From positions 36,551 to 100,550 of the IMG/VR virus record IMGVR_UViG_3300042402_003388: a DNA stretch of 64,000 nucleotides. One strand, given 5' to 3'. Positions 15,453-24,528 of the stretch are shown one piece after another. The DNA is from a virus. A program made the translations under genes and the position numbers. The notes under the pieces are model-generated. The model worked only from the letters and a program-made list of their open reading frames with translations, ran no database searches and had not been told where the DNA came from. Position 1 is the stretch's first letter; each line of letters opens with the position of its first letter.

Positions 15453-15656
15453 ATGACAGACAAATTACAAGAGTTGTTAGAAACATCTCAAATCGGTGAG
15501 CCCGAAATTGTTGACTTATTAAACTCAATGTACAAATTGGTTGAAACTAAATTATTTACACAGGATGAGTTCAATGTTGTGTTAGATAGGTTAGGAATCA
15601 AACAAGAAGGGAATTCCTTCATTTTTAATGAAGATATGGTTTATACCTTCAATTAA
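15453..15656 (+). CDS. hypothetical protein
   Basis: 67-aa ORF. Confidence 0.65.
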   Translation: MTDKLQELLETSQIGEPEIVDLLNSMYKLVETKLFTQDEFNVVLDRLGIKQEGNSFIFNEDMVYTFN

Positions 15657-15662
15657 AAGTAT

Positions 15663-15734
15663 AGTCCCTTGGTGTAACGGATAGCACGAAACACTACGGA
15701 TGTTTTAGTGGGGGTTCGAATCCCTCAGGGACTA
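15663..15734 (+). tRNA. tRNA-Arg(ACG)
   Basis: AAACA-CT-ACG-GA-TGTTT. Confidence 0.93.
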
Positions 15735-15739
15735 CTATT

Positions 15740-15825
15740 GGAAGATTACCCAAGTTGGTGAAGGGGCTTGTTTGCTAAACAAGTAGGACTGTAAGGTCGC
15801 GAGGGTTCGAGCCCCTCATCTTCCG
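15740..15825 (+). tRNA. tRNA-Ser(GCT)
   Basis: CTTGT-TT-GCT-AA-ACAAG, long variable arm. Confidence 0.95.
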
Positions 15826-15829
15826 CACA

Positions 15830-16372
15830 TTATCTTAATTGATTATATACCGATAACGACTTATTAATGAATACCTTTCTGTCTGATTTTTGATAACAGT
15901 CGGATGCGAAATATCCATCAGCGTCATACCTATCAATATGGAATCTTGTATCACCAATAGTTTCAATAGACACTATAAAGTTATGACTATCGATATACCC
16001 AACCCTAATAATGTTACCAATCAATCTATTAGAGTTATCTTTATTTGATTGACCAAAACTTATAAAATCAGCGTCAATATCTTTAATATTATCCCATAGT
16101 TCAGGATGTAGTAATGTGTCGTCATCATTTGAGTATACATAACCATCCTTAATCATATCAATAGCGTAATTTCGTTGTGCGTGGCCTGCGGTACTTCTCG
16201 GATTTCTATGTAAATACGTCTCACAATTATCAGGAATTAACTTTTTGTCGGGTAGTTCGTCAAAATCAAAAACAACTATCCATCGATAATTTTCTTTTGG
16301 GATGTTTATACTTTCAGAGATTAAATGTAAATTCTCAGGTCTACTACAAGGTGTTATGATATTTAATTTCAT
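15830..16372 (-). CDS. GT-A glycosyltransferase
   Basis: IITPCSR, QRNYA, SNDDD. Confidence 0.8.
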   Translation of the reverse strand: MKLNIITPCSRPENLHLISESINIPKENYRWIVVFDFDELPDKKLIPDNCETYLHRNPRSTAGHAQRNYAIDMIKDGYVYSNDDDTLLHPELWDNIKDIDADFISFGQSNKDNSNRLIGNIIRVGYIDSHNFIVSIETIGDTRFHIDRYDADGYFASDCYQKSDRKVFINKSLSVYNQLR

Positions 16373-16956
16373 TTTAACTTATCTAATTTTTTAATCCAAC
16401 TTGTGTCTTGGAATATTTTATCAGGTTCACCTAATTTTTCGTGGATTGCATTTACAACTCCTTGCCATACTGAATGATAATCGTGTCCACAAATAAAACC
16501 TGATTTATTAATTATAGGTTGGTAATTTTCAATATCAGTTTTAACTTGGTCGTACGTATGTAAACCATCAATGTAAACTAAATCTACCTTTAGGTCTTTT
16601 AATTCTTTAATAGCTTCGTCTGAAATTTTACGGATATGAGTAACATTATTATATTTCGACATTCTTGAGTTAAACGTATCATATACTTTAGTTAAATCCA
16701 TATATTGACAGGTCACATCATTTTTGTCGTAATCGTTGAAGAACGGGTCAATTGCAATTACTTTTTTAAACTTATTTGCGAATAATTCTGTAGATTCACC
16801 AGCGTATGAACCGATTTCAATCATCACCATTTCTTTAGTGTCTGAAAACGTGTTAACATATTCGATTAAATCTTCTAATCCTTGACGATATTTCTCGTCT
16901 CTCATTACATATAATTTATCTTTGTGTAAATTTTTTTTGTCTAAATTTTCTACCAT
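16369..16956 (-). CDS. SAM-dependent methyltransferase (Methyltransf_24-like)
   Basis: EIGSYAGES, YIDGLHTY, GHDY. Confidence 0.88.
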   Translation of the reverse strand: MVENLDKKNLHKDKLYVMRDEKYRQGLEDLIEYVNTFSDTKEMVMIEIGSYAGESTELFANKFKKVIAIDPFFNDYDKNDVTCQYMDLTKVYDTFNSRMSKYNNVTHIRKISDEAIKELKDLKVDLVYIDGLHTYDQVKTDIENYQPIINKSGFICGHDYHSVWQGVVNAIHEKLGEPDKIFQDTSWIKKLDKLK

Positions 16957-17573
16957 TTTTTTTGATTTAATAAGTTAGTATGTGGGTGAACAGACCCATT
17001 AGTGTAGTTATGGAAATCATTAATAATTCTATCAGGGTGTGATTCTAAAAATTTAGAATTCTTTAAGAATATCCCCACATAATCTGACCAAATGTCCGAT
17101 TCCTTATTACTGGTATATTGTTCCAATAGTGTTGAGTCGTGACCATTTCGGTTACCCCATTTAATTAACGACTGACCACTATCAGGAAAAAATCTCCAAC
17201 TGTCAATTGGGTATTGGTGGAAGTCCCCATTAGACGGTGCGTTTAAATAAAAAACTCCTGAAGGTTTTAGTACTCTCATAATCTCCAAATACGATAACCA
17301 AAAGAAATCAATGTGTTCAAAACAAGATGAACTAATAACAAAATCAAACGTATTATCTTCAAAGGGTAATACATATGGGTCTGTCAATACTACATCGACT
17401 CCTGGACCCTCAGACAGGTCAACACCGACATACTTAGAGTTTTGAGGGTTTAAAGAACGAATGTTGAACCCTCCAATATATGAACCAATTTCTAAAATTG
17501 TCATCTCTTCTTTGTTTGGGTAAACATATTTGTTGAAAAATCTATAAGCGTTTTGTTCTGCGGTTTTGTGCAT
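16950..17573 (-). CDS. SAM-dependent methyltransferase (Methyltransf_11-like)
   Basis: LEIGS, LPFEDNTFD, FEHI, RVLKPSG. Confidence 0.9.
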   Translation of the reverse strand: MHKTAEQNAYRFFNKYVYPNKEEMTILEIGSYIGGFNIRSLNPQNSKYVGVDLSEGPGVDVVLTDPYVLPFEDNTFDFVISSSCFEHIDFFWLSYLEIMRVLKPSGVFYLNAPSNGDFHQYPIDSWRFFPDSGQSLIKWGNRNGHDSTLLEQYTSNKESDIWSDYVGIFLKNSKFLESHPDRIINDFHNYTNGSVHPHTNLLNQKKW

Positions 17574-17680
17574 AATATTTTTTTAAATAAATGTAATATC
17601 TTTGGATAATATATCAATAGTCATTCATTTTTGAGTAATCAATTTTTTGTCAGTCTAAATTTTTTTTGTATCTTTGTCTT

Positions 17681-18181
17681 ATGAAAAATCAACTACCATA
17701 CTGTAAGACATCTGATGCGATTAAAGGTTATGATAATTCTTCTATCGCAAAATCTGAAACTAATGATTGTGTTGTGAGAGCGATAGCTTCGGCTTTTGAC
17801 ATTGAGTATGATAAAGCTCACAAATTTGTCGCCGATAAATTTGGACGTAAACCAAGACAAGGAACTTTTGGGTTTATCCTTGGAATGAATAAATTTGCTA
17901 AAGACCGTACTCGTATTGGTCGTAAATGTTGTAAAGAGATGGGTAGACCTGTTGAACACTCATCTTTCAGCACCCTTGAGTATACCGTTACCGTAAAAGG
18001 TGAGAAAGTTAATCGTCAAATGACTGTAGGTACCTTCATTAAAAAATACCCAAAAGGAACTTATGTTTTGTGTGTTAGTAGACACGCGTTTACAATTAAA
18101 GACGGTGTTGTAATCGGTAATACAGATGACGCCACTAAAAAAAGAAAAATTGTAAACTTCGCTTGGAAAGTCGGTAGTTAA
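17681..18181 (+). CDS. conserved phage protein, possible papain-like Cys/His fold
   Basis: NDCVVRAIA...HAFTIKDG; ATG at 17681 after TATCTTTG element. Confidence 0.6.
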   Translation: MKNQLPYCKTSDAIKGYDNSSIAKSETNDCVVRAIASAFDIEYDKAHKFVADKFGRKPRQGTFGFILGMNKFAKDRTRIGRKCCKEMGRPVEHSSFSTLEYTVTVKGEKVNRQMTVGTFIKKYPKGTYVLCVSRHAFTIKDGVVIGNTDDATKKRKIVNFAWKVGS

Positions 18182-18227
18182 TCCCTATATTTGTATGATG
18201 AAGAGAATTAGTAAAAAAAATTATAGT

Positions 18228-18638
18228 ATGAAACAAAGAATATATTTGGACGATGTAAGAACTCCTGTTGAGAAAGACCAATGGGTTGTGGTTCGTTCTT
18301 ACGATGAATTTGTGGAAAAAGTAACTGAGATTGGTTTAGACAATATTGGGTTAATTTCTTTGGACCACGATTTAGGTGACACCGCAATGGCCGAGTGGCA
18401 TAAAAACGTTTACCACAATTACGAATTGAATTACGACAACATCACCGAAAAGACTGGAATGGATTGTACTAAATGGTTAGTTGAACAGTGGATGAACGGA
18501 CAACCTGTAGTTGATGTTGTTATTCACTCAGCAAATGCTATCGGTAGTGCGAATATGATGGGGTACATCAACAACTACCGACACATTAATCGTTTACCTC
18601 AAAATTGTATCAGAGTACAAATCGAACACACAGTATAA
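18228..18638 (+). CDS. cyclic-phosphate-processing receiver-domain protein
   Basis: IYLDDVR, ISLDHDLG, TGMDCTKWL, HSANAIG. Confidence 0.8.
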   Translation: MKQRIYLDDVRTPVEKDQWVVVRSYDEFVEKVTEIGLDNIGLISLDHDLGDTAMAEWHKNVYHNYELNYDNITEKTGMDCTKWLVEQWMNGQPVVDVVIHSANAIGSANMMGYINNYRHINRLPQNCIRVQIEHTV

Positions 18639-18639
18639 T

Positions 18640-18873
18640 ATGGAAAAATTAAAGTATAAAATAAATGCGTTTCTTGAAGTACTTTGGATGATATTACTTC
18701 CGTTAGTAATCGCTAACGGAATATTTTATCTCCTTGGTAGTTTTATTGCTTGGGACTTTAACCCATTTAATTGGTGGGCGTTTACAAGTACTTTTGGTAG
18801 AGTTTTAATGGTAATTGTTGAGGTTGCCATATTAGTTAACATTCCTACTTGGTGGGAGCAATTCGATAAATAA
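18640..18873 (+). CDS. small membrane protein
   Basis: Two hydrophobic segments. Confidence 0.7.
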   Translation: MEKLKYKINAFLEVLWMILLPLVIANGIFYLLGSFIAWDFNPFNWWAFTSTFGRVLMVIVEVAILVNIPTWWEQFDK

Positions 18874-19370
18874 TGAATATTTTTATTCTTGATTATGACG
18901 TTAAAAAATGTGCACAATATCACGTAGATAAGCACGTTGTTAAAATGATATTAGAGACCGCTCAGTTATTGTGTGGAGTTCATCACTTAACCCCCCAAGT
19001 CACCACCCAAGTCCCATACAAGTTGTCTCATAAGAATCACCCTTGTTCAATTTGGACAAGAGAGTCATTATCAAATTACTTGTACTTGTGTGAGTTGGGT
19101 TTGGAGTTATGTAAGGAATATACTTACCGATATGGAAAAAGACATAAATCTCAGGATGTAATTGAGTGGTGTTTGATTAACAAACCAAACATTCCTGATA
19201 TCGGATTTACAGAACCTGCTATGGCGATGCCTGACGAATATAAAGTCAAATCTGTGGTTGAATCCTATAGAAATTATTATATGGGTGCGAAATCAGGATT
19301 TGCGGTTTGGAAAAATAGAGAAAAACCTGAATGGTTTAAAGAAAAAGTATTAGATTTACAATATGATTAA
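18873..19370 (+). CDS. pyrimidine-dimer DNA glycosylase / endonuclease V family protein
   Basis: MNIFILD...DKHVVKMILETAQLL...HKNHPC. Confidence 0.8.
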   Translation: MNIFILDYDVKKCAQYHVDKHVVKMILETAQLLCGVHHLTPQVTTQVPYKLSHKNHPCSIWTRESLSNYLYLCELGLELCKEYTYRYGKRHKSQDVIEWCLINKPNIPDIGFTEPAMAMPDEYKVKSVVESYRNYYMGAKSGFAVWKNREKPEWFKEKVLDLQYD

Positions 19371-20022
19371 GATAGATAACAATTTTAAAGGTAATGTGTG
19401 GATTTTTTCGGACCCACATTACAATCACAAAAATATATGTCGTGGTACGACAAACTGGCGTATGCCAGACGGTTCAATCCCAATCTCGCAAACTCGTGAT
19501 TTTGAATCATTGGACAAAATGAACGCGTCAATCGTTAACAACATTAACGAAAATGTAATGCAAGACGATATCTTGATTTGTCTTGGAGATTGGAGTTTTG
19601 GTGGATTTGAATCTATCAAAGAATTTTGGGACCGAATCGTTTGTAAAAACATTCACCTTATTCTTGGCAACCACGACCACCATATTGAAAACAACCGACA
19701 AGGATGCCAGGGTTATTTCTTGAGTGTTAGTCACTATAACACTTTGAAAATTGCCGAACACACATTTCGTTTGATGCACTACCCAATTAGTTCTTGGGAC
19801 GGTTTAAATAAAGGGGTTATGCACCTTCACGGGCACTGTCACTTACCGACTAGTTTGAGATTTGGTAAAGGACAACGTATGGATGTGGGGATGGACGGAC
19901 ACCCTGAGTTCCGACCTTACAATATTATGAGAGAAGTAGTTCCATTATTACGTCACAGAGATAAAGTGTCTGAAATGGATAACGACCATCACACAGATGA
20001 ACTAAAGGGGGTTGTAGGATAA
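19363..20022 (+). CDS. calcineurin-like metallophosphoesterase
   Basis: SDPH, LGDW, GNHD, HYP, HLHGHCH. Confidence 0.92.
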   Translation: MIKIDNNFKGNVWIFSDPHYNHKNICRGTTNWRMPDGSIPISQTRDFESLDKMNASIVNNINENVMQDDILICLGDWSFGGFESIKEFWDRIVCKNIHLILGNHDHHIENNRQGCQGYFLSVSHYNTLKIAEHTFRLMHYPISSWDGLNKGVMHLHGHCHLPTSLRFGKGQRMDVGMDGHPEFRPYNIMREVVPLLRHRDKVSEMDNDHHTDELKGVVG

Positions 20023-20240
20023 TGGCTTGTAAAGAATGTCCTTGGGTTGTGAGGAATAAACATAATGATATGATTGTGGGGGTCTCCAAAAGATTGGACA
20101 AACCCCACAACTGTCATATGAAAAATGGTGGAAAAGAACTTTGGAATATAAACGAAAAAACTAAATGTGATGGGAGGAAAGAATACGAGAAAGACCGTGA
20201 TTCACGAGGAACTCAACGAGAAACAACAGAAAATGTATGA
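20022..20240 (+). CDS. small Cys/His-rich protein
   Basis: CKECPW...HNCH...C. Confidence 0.55.
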   Translation: MACKECPWVVRNKHNDMIVGVSKRLDKPHNCHMKNGGKELWNINEKTKCDGRKEYEKDRDSRGTQRETTENV

Positions 20241-20388
20241 TGAGTGGTTATCACACATTAAAGCGATTTATGGTGAATATGGACATTTCACTTGGAAAAT
20301 AAGTCCAACAGGTATTGGTAGTGGTATTGTGGTTTATAGTCACCATACCAGAACAGAATTGGATTTAACCGACGTTGATAGTTGGTAA
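20167..20388 (+). CDS. hypothetical protein (start uncertain)
   Basis: SPTGIG...ELDLTDVDSW. Confidence 0.6.
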   Translation: MMGGKNTRKTVIHEELNEKQQKMYDEWLSHIKAIYGEYGHFTWKISPTGIGSGIVVYSHHTRTELDLTDVDSW

Positions 20389-20415
20389 TTAAAAAAAAAG
20401 TATTACCTTTGTAGA

Positions 20416-21498
20416 ATGTTAGAAAGATTGAACAAATATTATGAGGATGAGTTGGTGCAAAAACAAGTGCACCCTACACTTCCTTTGACTATATGGAACT
20501 ACACTCCAAAAGTTCAATACGGTGAAGGTAATAACCAATATAAATTTTGGGATGAAATCACAAAACAATGTCGTGGATTGGTCACCGACAATGAAGGTAA
20601 TGTAGTTGCAAGACCATTTAAGAAATTCTTTAACATAGAAGAAAAACAACATACTCCAACTGAAGAGTTTGATGTCTATGAAAAAATGGATGGTTCTTTA
20701 GGTATCCTATTCAACTATAAAGGTGAGTGGATTCTTGCAACTCGAGGTTCTTTTACTTCTGACCAATCAGTTAAAGGTACTGAGTTACTTCAGAAATACG
20801 ATTATGACAGATTGAATCCTGATTACACTTATTTGTTTGAGATAATATATCCTGAGAATAGGATAGTTTGTACTTACGATTTTGAGGATTTGGTGTTGTT
20901 AGGAATGATACATACTCAAAGTGGTTATGAAGTTAATATCCACTCAGGTAATGATGAGGACGTTAGATTCAAAAATCTTTTGAATAACTTGGGATTCAAT
21001 ATCGTTAGGAAGTATGATGGTATATCGGACTACACTTACTTAAAACACGCAATTGCCGACAATAAAGAGGGATTTGTTGTTCGATTCACTAATGGAGATA
21101 GAATGAAGATAAAAGGGGAGGAATACCTTCGTCTTCATAAGATAATGACTAACCTATCCACTACAGGTGTTTGGGAAGTATTGAGTACTGGTGGTAAAAT
21201 GGAGGATTACTTGAAGGATGTTCCTGATGAGTTCTACAAAAAAGTTAAAATGTACGTTCAAGATTTAAATTATAACTTCTATCGTTATTCTGAATATGCT
21301 GGTAAAGTACACGATTATTTTAGATACGGTAAGTATGGTGATAGGGAAGTTGAACCAACTAAAAAAGAATTTGCGGAACATTTGGTTAATTGTGAGGTAC
21401 ACCCTAAAGTAAAATCTATCTGTTTTGCAATGTGGGATAGAAAACCATATGACCATATTATATGGAATCTAGTTAAACCTAAGTTTGAAAAGCTTTAA
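20416..21498 (+). CDS. T4 Rnl1-like RNA ligase
   Basis: QCRGLV, RPFKKFFN, EKMDGSLG, ATRGSF, EGFVV, MKIK. Confidence 0.92.
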   Translation: MLERLNKYYEDELVQKQVHPTLPLTIWNYTPKVQYGEGNNQYKFWDEITKQCRGLVTDNEGNVVARPFKKFFNIEEKQHTPTEEFDVYEKMDGSLGILFNYKGEWILATRGSFTSDQSVKGTELLQKYDYDRLNPDYTYLFEIIYPENRIVCTYDFEDLVLLGMIHTQSGYEVNIHSGNDEDVRFKNLLNNLGFNIVRKYDGISDYTYLKHAIADNKEGFVVRFTNGDRMKIKGEEYLRLHKIMTNLSTTGVWEVLSTGGKMEDYLKDVPDEFYKKVKMYVQDLNYNFYRYSEYAGKVHDYFRYGKYGDREVEPTKKEFAEHLVNCEVHPKVKSICFAMWDRKPYDHIIWNLVKPKFEKL

Positions 21499-21526
21499 AA
21501 TACGACATTATGTCGTATTTTTTTTT
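21497..21526 (+). terminator. intrinsic terminator
   Basis: AAAATACGACA-TTA-TGTCGTATTTT... Confidence 0.8.
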
Positions 21527-21566
21527 ATATTAGAATATTTATTAAACATAAAACAAAAATTATCAA

Positions 21567-22175
21567 TTGATGTCGAGTGAAGTAATCGTAGCATTTATTA
21601 CGGGGGTATTAGGACCCGTAGTTCTTTTATACTTGAAGAGTAAGTTAGAAAAGAAAAAGGAAAAACCTGATATGGTAAAAGAAGCCTTAGAAGTTAGTGA
21701 ATTAGTTAGCTCAAAAATTGACCATATTCGTGAGGAATTTAAACCTGATAGAGTTTGGGTCGCCCAATTCCATAATGGAGGTCATTTTTATCCTACGGGG
21801 AAATCAATGGCTAAATTCAGTATTATCTACGAAACTGTTAGTCAAGGTGCAACATCAATCCAAAGTAATTTCCAAAATATACCAGTTAATTTATTTAGTA
21901 AATCTATAAATCAGTTATTAGAAAACGATGTAATTGAAATACCTGACTTCAAAGACGAGTCAATCGCCACTTATGGTTTAAAATATATTGCGGAAGAATC
22001 AGGATGTAAATCAGGTTATTTATTTGCAATTCACACCATTGATGATAAATTCATTGGAATCTTAGGGTTGGATTATACAAAAAGAAAAACAAAACTTGAT
22101 ATGGAATCTATTAATCACCTTTTAGTTCACGCAACATCTATGGGTGGTGTACTAATGGGCCACTTAAATAAGTAA
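21567..22175 (+). CDS. N-terminal TM + GAF-like domain protein (T4 holin T-like architecture)
   Basis: Single TM, DRVWVAQFHNGG, FIGILGLDY; late motif upstream. Confidence 0.55.
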   Translation: MMSSEVIVAFITGVLGPVVLLYLKSKLEKKKEKPDMVKEALEVSELVSSKIDHIREEFKPDRVWVAQFHNGGHFYPTGKSMAKFSIIYETVSQGATSIQSNFQNIPVNLFSKSINQLLENDVIEIPDFKDESIATYGLKYIAEESGCKSGYLFAIHTIDDKFIGILGLDYTKRKTKLDMESINHLLVHATSMGGVLMGHLNK

Positions 22176-22955
22176 TTACATAAATTCGGATAGACTATCA
22201 AAAAATCCTGAATAAAGAATTCTCCCATTACCGTAAACAAGTTGTTCACTCACTTCTTCATCACTAATTTCTAATAGTTGTGTAGTATCCGCAAATTTAC
22301 TATTAATAGACTCGCTTTGACCCTCATCAACCCCTGTCGAATCAACCGACAATAAAAATGTTTTTTTAGAGTTAAATTCGGGGTCCAAAGTATTATTCCT
22401 CAATAATTTTTGTTCTAATGTAGTTTTAAGTTGGGTATCATATGAAATATAATATCCAATGTCATACGGAACGTAATCTTCTGTATCATTATATCCTTGG
22501 CCATCACAATAATTACATTCTTCGTTACCCTCACCACTACAATTATTACATTCGACTTTACCACCACCTTGACATTCGTGACAAGAATCCCCCTCTTCAT
22601 CTTCTCCTGAACCATCACATTCGTCACAATCTACTTCACCTAAACCGTCACACGATGTACACTCGTAGTTACCATCCCCCATACAATATTCACAATCAAT
22701 AGTTTGTTCATTACTTCCAAATTCTACTGTAGAAAATACAAAAAGATTATTATCAAGTTGAGACATCATTTCTCTGGGGTCTTCATTATTTGATATTTTT
22801 TTGGTAATAAAAACTAATTTAACCAATTCAATTGGAGTTAACATACTTTTAAATGGTAACGATTTGTTAGTTAAGATTTCTTTATATATTCCTTCTAACG
22901 TAATGTTTTTTTGAATGAATGGTTGAACGGCTTTTGCAAATGCGATTAGTTTCAT
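22176..22955 (-). CDS. protein with DnaJ-type CxxCxGxG zinc-finger repeats
   Basis: Six CxxCxGxG units. Confidence 0.8.
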   Translation of the reverse strand: MKLIAFAKAVQPFIQKNITLEGIYKEILTNKSLPFKSMLTPIELVKLVFITKKISNNEDPREMMSQLDNNLFVFSTVEFGSNEQTIDCEYCMGDGNYECTSCDGLGEVDCDECDGSGEDEEGDSCHECQGGGKVECNNCSGEGNEECNYCDGQGYNDTEDYVPYDIGYYISYDTQLKTTLEQKLLRNNTLDPEFNSKKTFLLSVDSTGVDEGQSESINSKFADTTQLLEISDEEVSEQLVYGNGRILYSGFFDSLSEFM

Positions 22956-22996
22956 CGTTGTTTTAATTTAATTATAAATACCAGTATTTATAACAT

Positions 22997-23710
22997 ATGG
23001 TAGCAGGTTTAGAAAAAATACTTAAACACTTTATAAATGGAAAAGAATATTCTCCAGGTTTGATTGTTAATATTATCAGTGTTGAATCTGATATGTACGA
23101 CAATGTCAGAGTTGTGTTTGATGTTGATAACGTTGGAGATGTTCCATATAATCTATTAATAGTCGGTGTTAACTTAAGGAGTGAAGTTGAAAAATTATCA
23201 GAATACATATCATTCGAACCTAACCATATTTATGTGAGTTACGTTGGTCAGAAAAAAGGTATTCAGGATGTATTTCATATACAAGGTTCTGAGGTTCCAT
23301 TTAGTGAAATATTTTATTTAACGAAATCGTTCAAATCAGAATTACTACATAACCTACAAGATATTACTCAATTACCTGTTGGATACCATCACGGAAAAAA
23401 AGAACATCTTAAAATATTTGGAAAGTTTATACCAAGAATAGGTGTTAGTGATTTTAGAGATGAACTATTTTTAGATTTAACATTTAGAGTTAAGGATACT
23501 GAACCTAAAATAGAATATGATTTGCAACAATTAGAGGGAGACGTGGATGAAGAACTTATTCAAGAAGGATTTCCAGAATATAAACGTATTCGAGAGGCGT
23601 TATCAGAAACTTTCGATAAATGGCCAAGAAACTTTTACTTTGATGATTCGGGAATTGATTTACCGTATTGGATGGAAGAAGTCTTTAGAGTATCAATAAG
23701 TTTAGTTTAA
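22997..23710 (+). CDS. hypothetical protein
   Basis: 237-aa ORF. Confidence 0.7.
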   Translation: MVAGLEKILKHFINGKEYSPGLIVNIISVESDMYDNVRVVFDVDNVGDVPYNLLIVGVNLRSEVEKLSEYISFEPNHIYVSYVGQKKGIQDVFHIQGSEVPFSEIFYLTKSFKSELLHNLQDITQLPVGYHHGKKEHLKIFGKFIPRIGVSDFRDELFLDLTFRVKDTEPKIEYDLQQLEGDVDEELIQEGFPEYKRIREALSETFDKWPRNFYFDDSGIDLPYWMEEVFRVSISLV

Positions 23711-23727
23711 AACAAATATTTAATAAT

Positions 23728-24315
23728 ATGAAACATAATTTAATAGAAGAAATTAAAAGAAATAGAGAATTAATGAATATCAATGAATCAGACATTGATG
23801 GTATTGATGAGTTAGTTTATAATCCTGCAACCAAAACAGGTGGTGAGATAGGTCACGGATATGACCACGGTACAAGAATTAACGGAATCACTTGGTCAGG
23901 ACACGAAGACCATTTACATATTGGGTTTACCGATAGAGATGTTGCGATAAAGGTAATCGATAAAGCAGATAGTATGGGACTAAGAACAACTGAAAACCCT
24001 TACGCTAAAAAAGACCCAAATGGTAAGGTCGATAACGTACATACCACAGGTAGTTTTCATTATAAAACATTTCCAGGGGAACCTGAAGTAGGTGCTGGTG
24101 TTGATATTAGTGGTAATGAGGAAAAAATAGTAGAATTAATTATGTGGATTGAGGAGGAATACGCAAATGGTGATTATAAAATTAATTATAGAACAGATGA
24201 TGACGCGAATCTGTTATCCAAAATAATGGATTATAAAGTTGGGGATACTACACTCAAAGATTTGGTATCAAATGCCTCGACAGGAATTAAAGATTTTTTT
24301 TCAAAATTAGTATAA
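23728..24315 (+). CDS. possible permuted M15-type Zn peptidase
   Basis: HEDHLHIG and GSFHY...GVDIS motifs. Confidence 0.5.
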   Translation: MKHNLIEEIKRNRELMNINESDIDGIDELVYNPATKTGGEIGHGYDHGTRINGITWSGHEDHLHIGFTDRDVAIKVIDKADSMGLRTTENPYAKKDPNGKVDNVHTTGSFHYKTFPGEPEVGAGVDISGNEEKIVELIMWIEEEYANGDYKINYRTDDDANLLSKIMDYKVGDTTLKDLVSNASTGIKDFFSKLV

Positions 24316-24316
24316 C

Positions 24317-24342
24317 AAAAAAACCCTCCAATTGGAGGGTTT
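24317..24342. terminator. bidirectional terminator
   Basis: AAACCCTCCA-AT-TGGAGGGTTT. Confidence 0.8.
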
Positions 24343-24363
24343 ATTATTTGGGCTCAGTAATAA

Positions 24364-24528
24364 TTATTTTACTGATGTAGTGTCAACTTTTGTTGAATCT
24401 ACAACCATTTTAGTAGTGTCAGTTGAAACTGCAGTTGAATCAACACTAGTTCCTTCTGTTTTAGAAGCGTTACCACCACAAGATGATAAAATTGCTACTA
24501 CTCCGATTGCGAAAAATACTTTTTTCAT
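24364..24528 (-). CDS. small lipoprotein (54 aa) with D(S/T)T repeats
   Basis: MKKVFFAIGVVAILSSC lipobox; not in ORF track; TATTTAT upstream. Confidence 0.8.
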   Translation of the reverse strand: MKKVFFAIGVVAILSSCGGNASKTEGTSVDSTAVSTDTTKMVVDSTKVDTTSVK

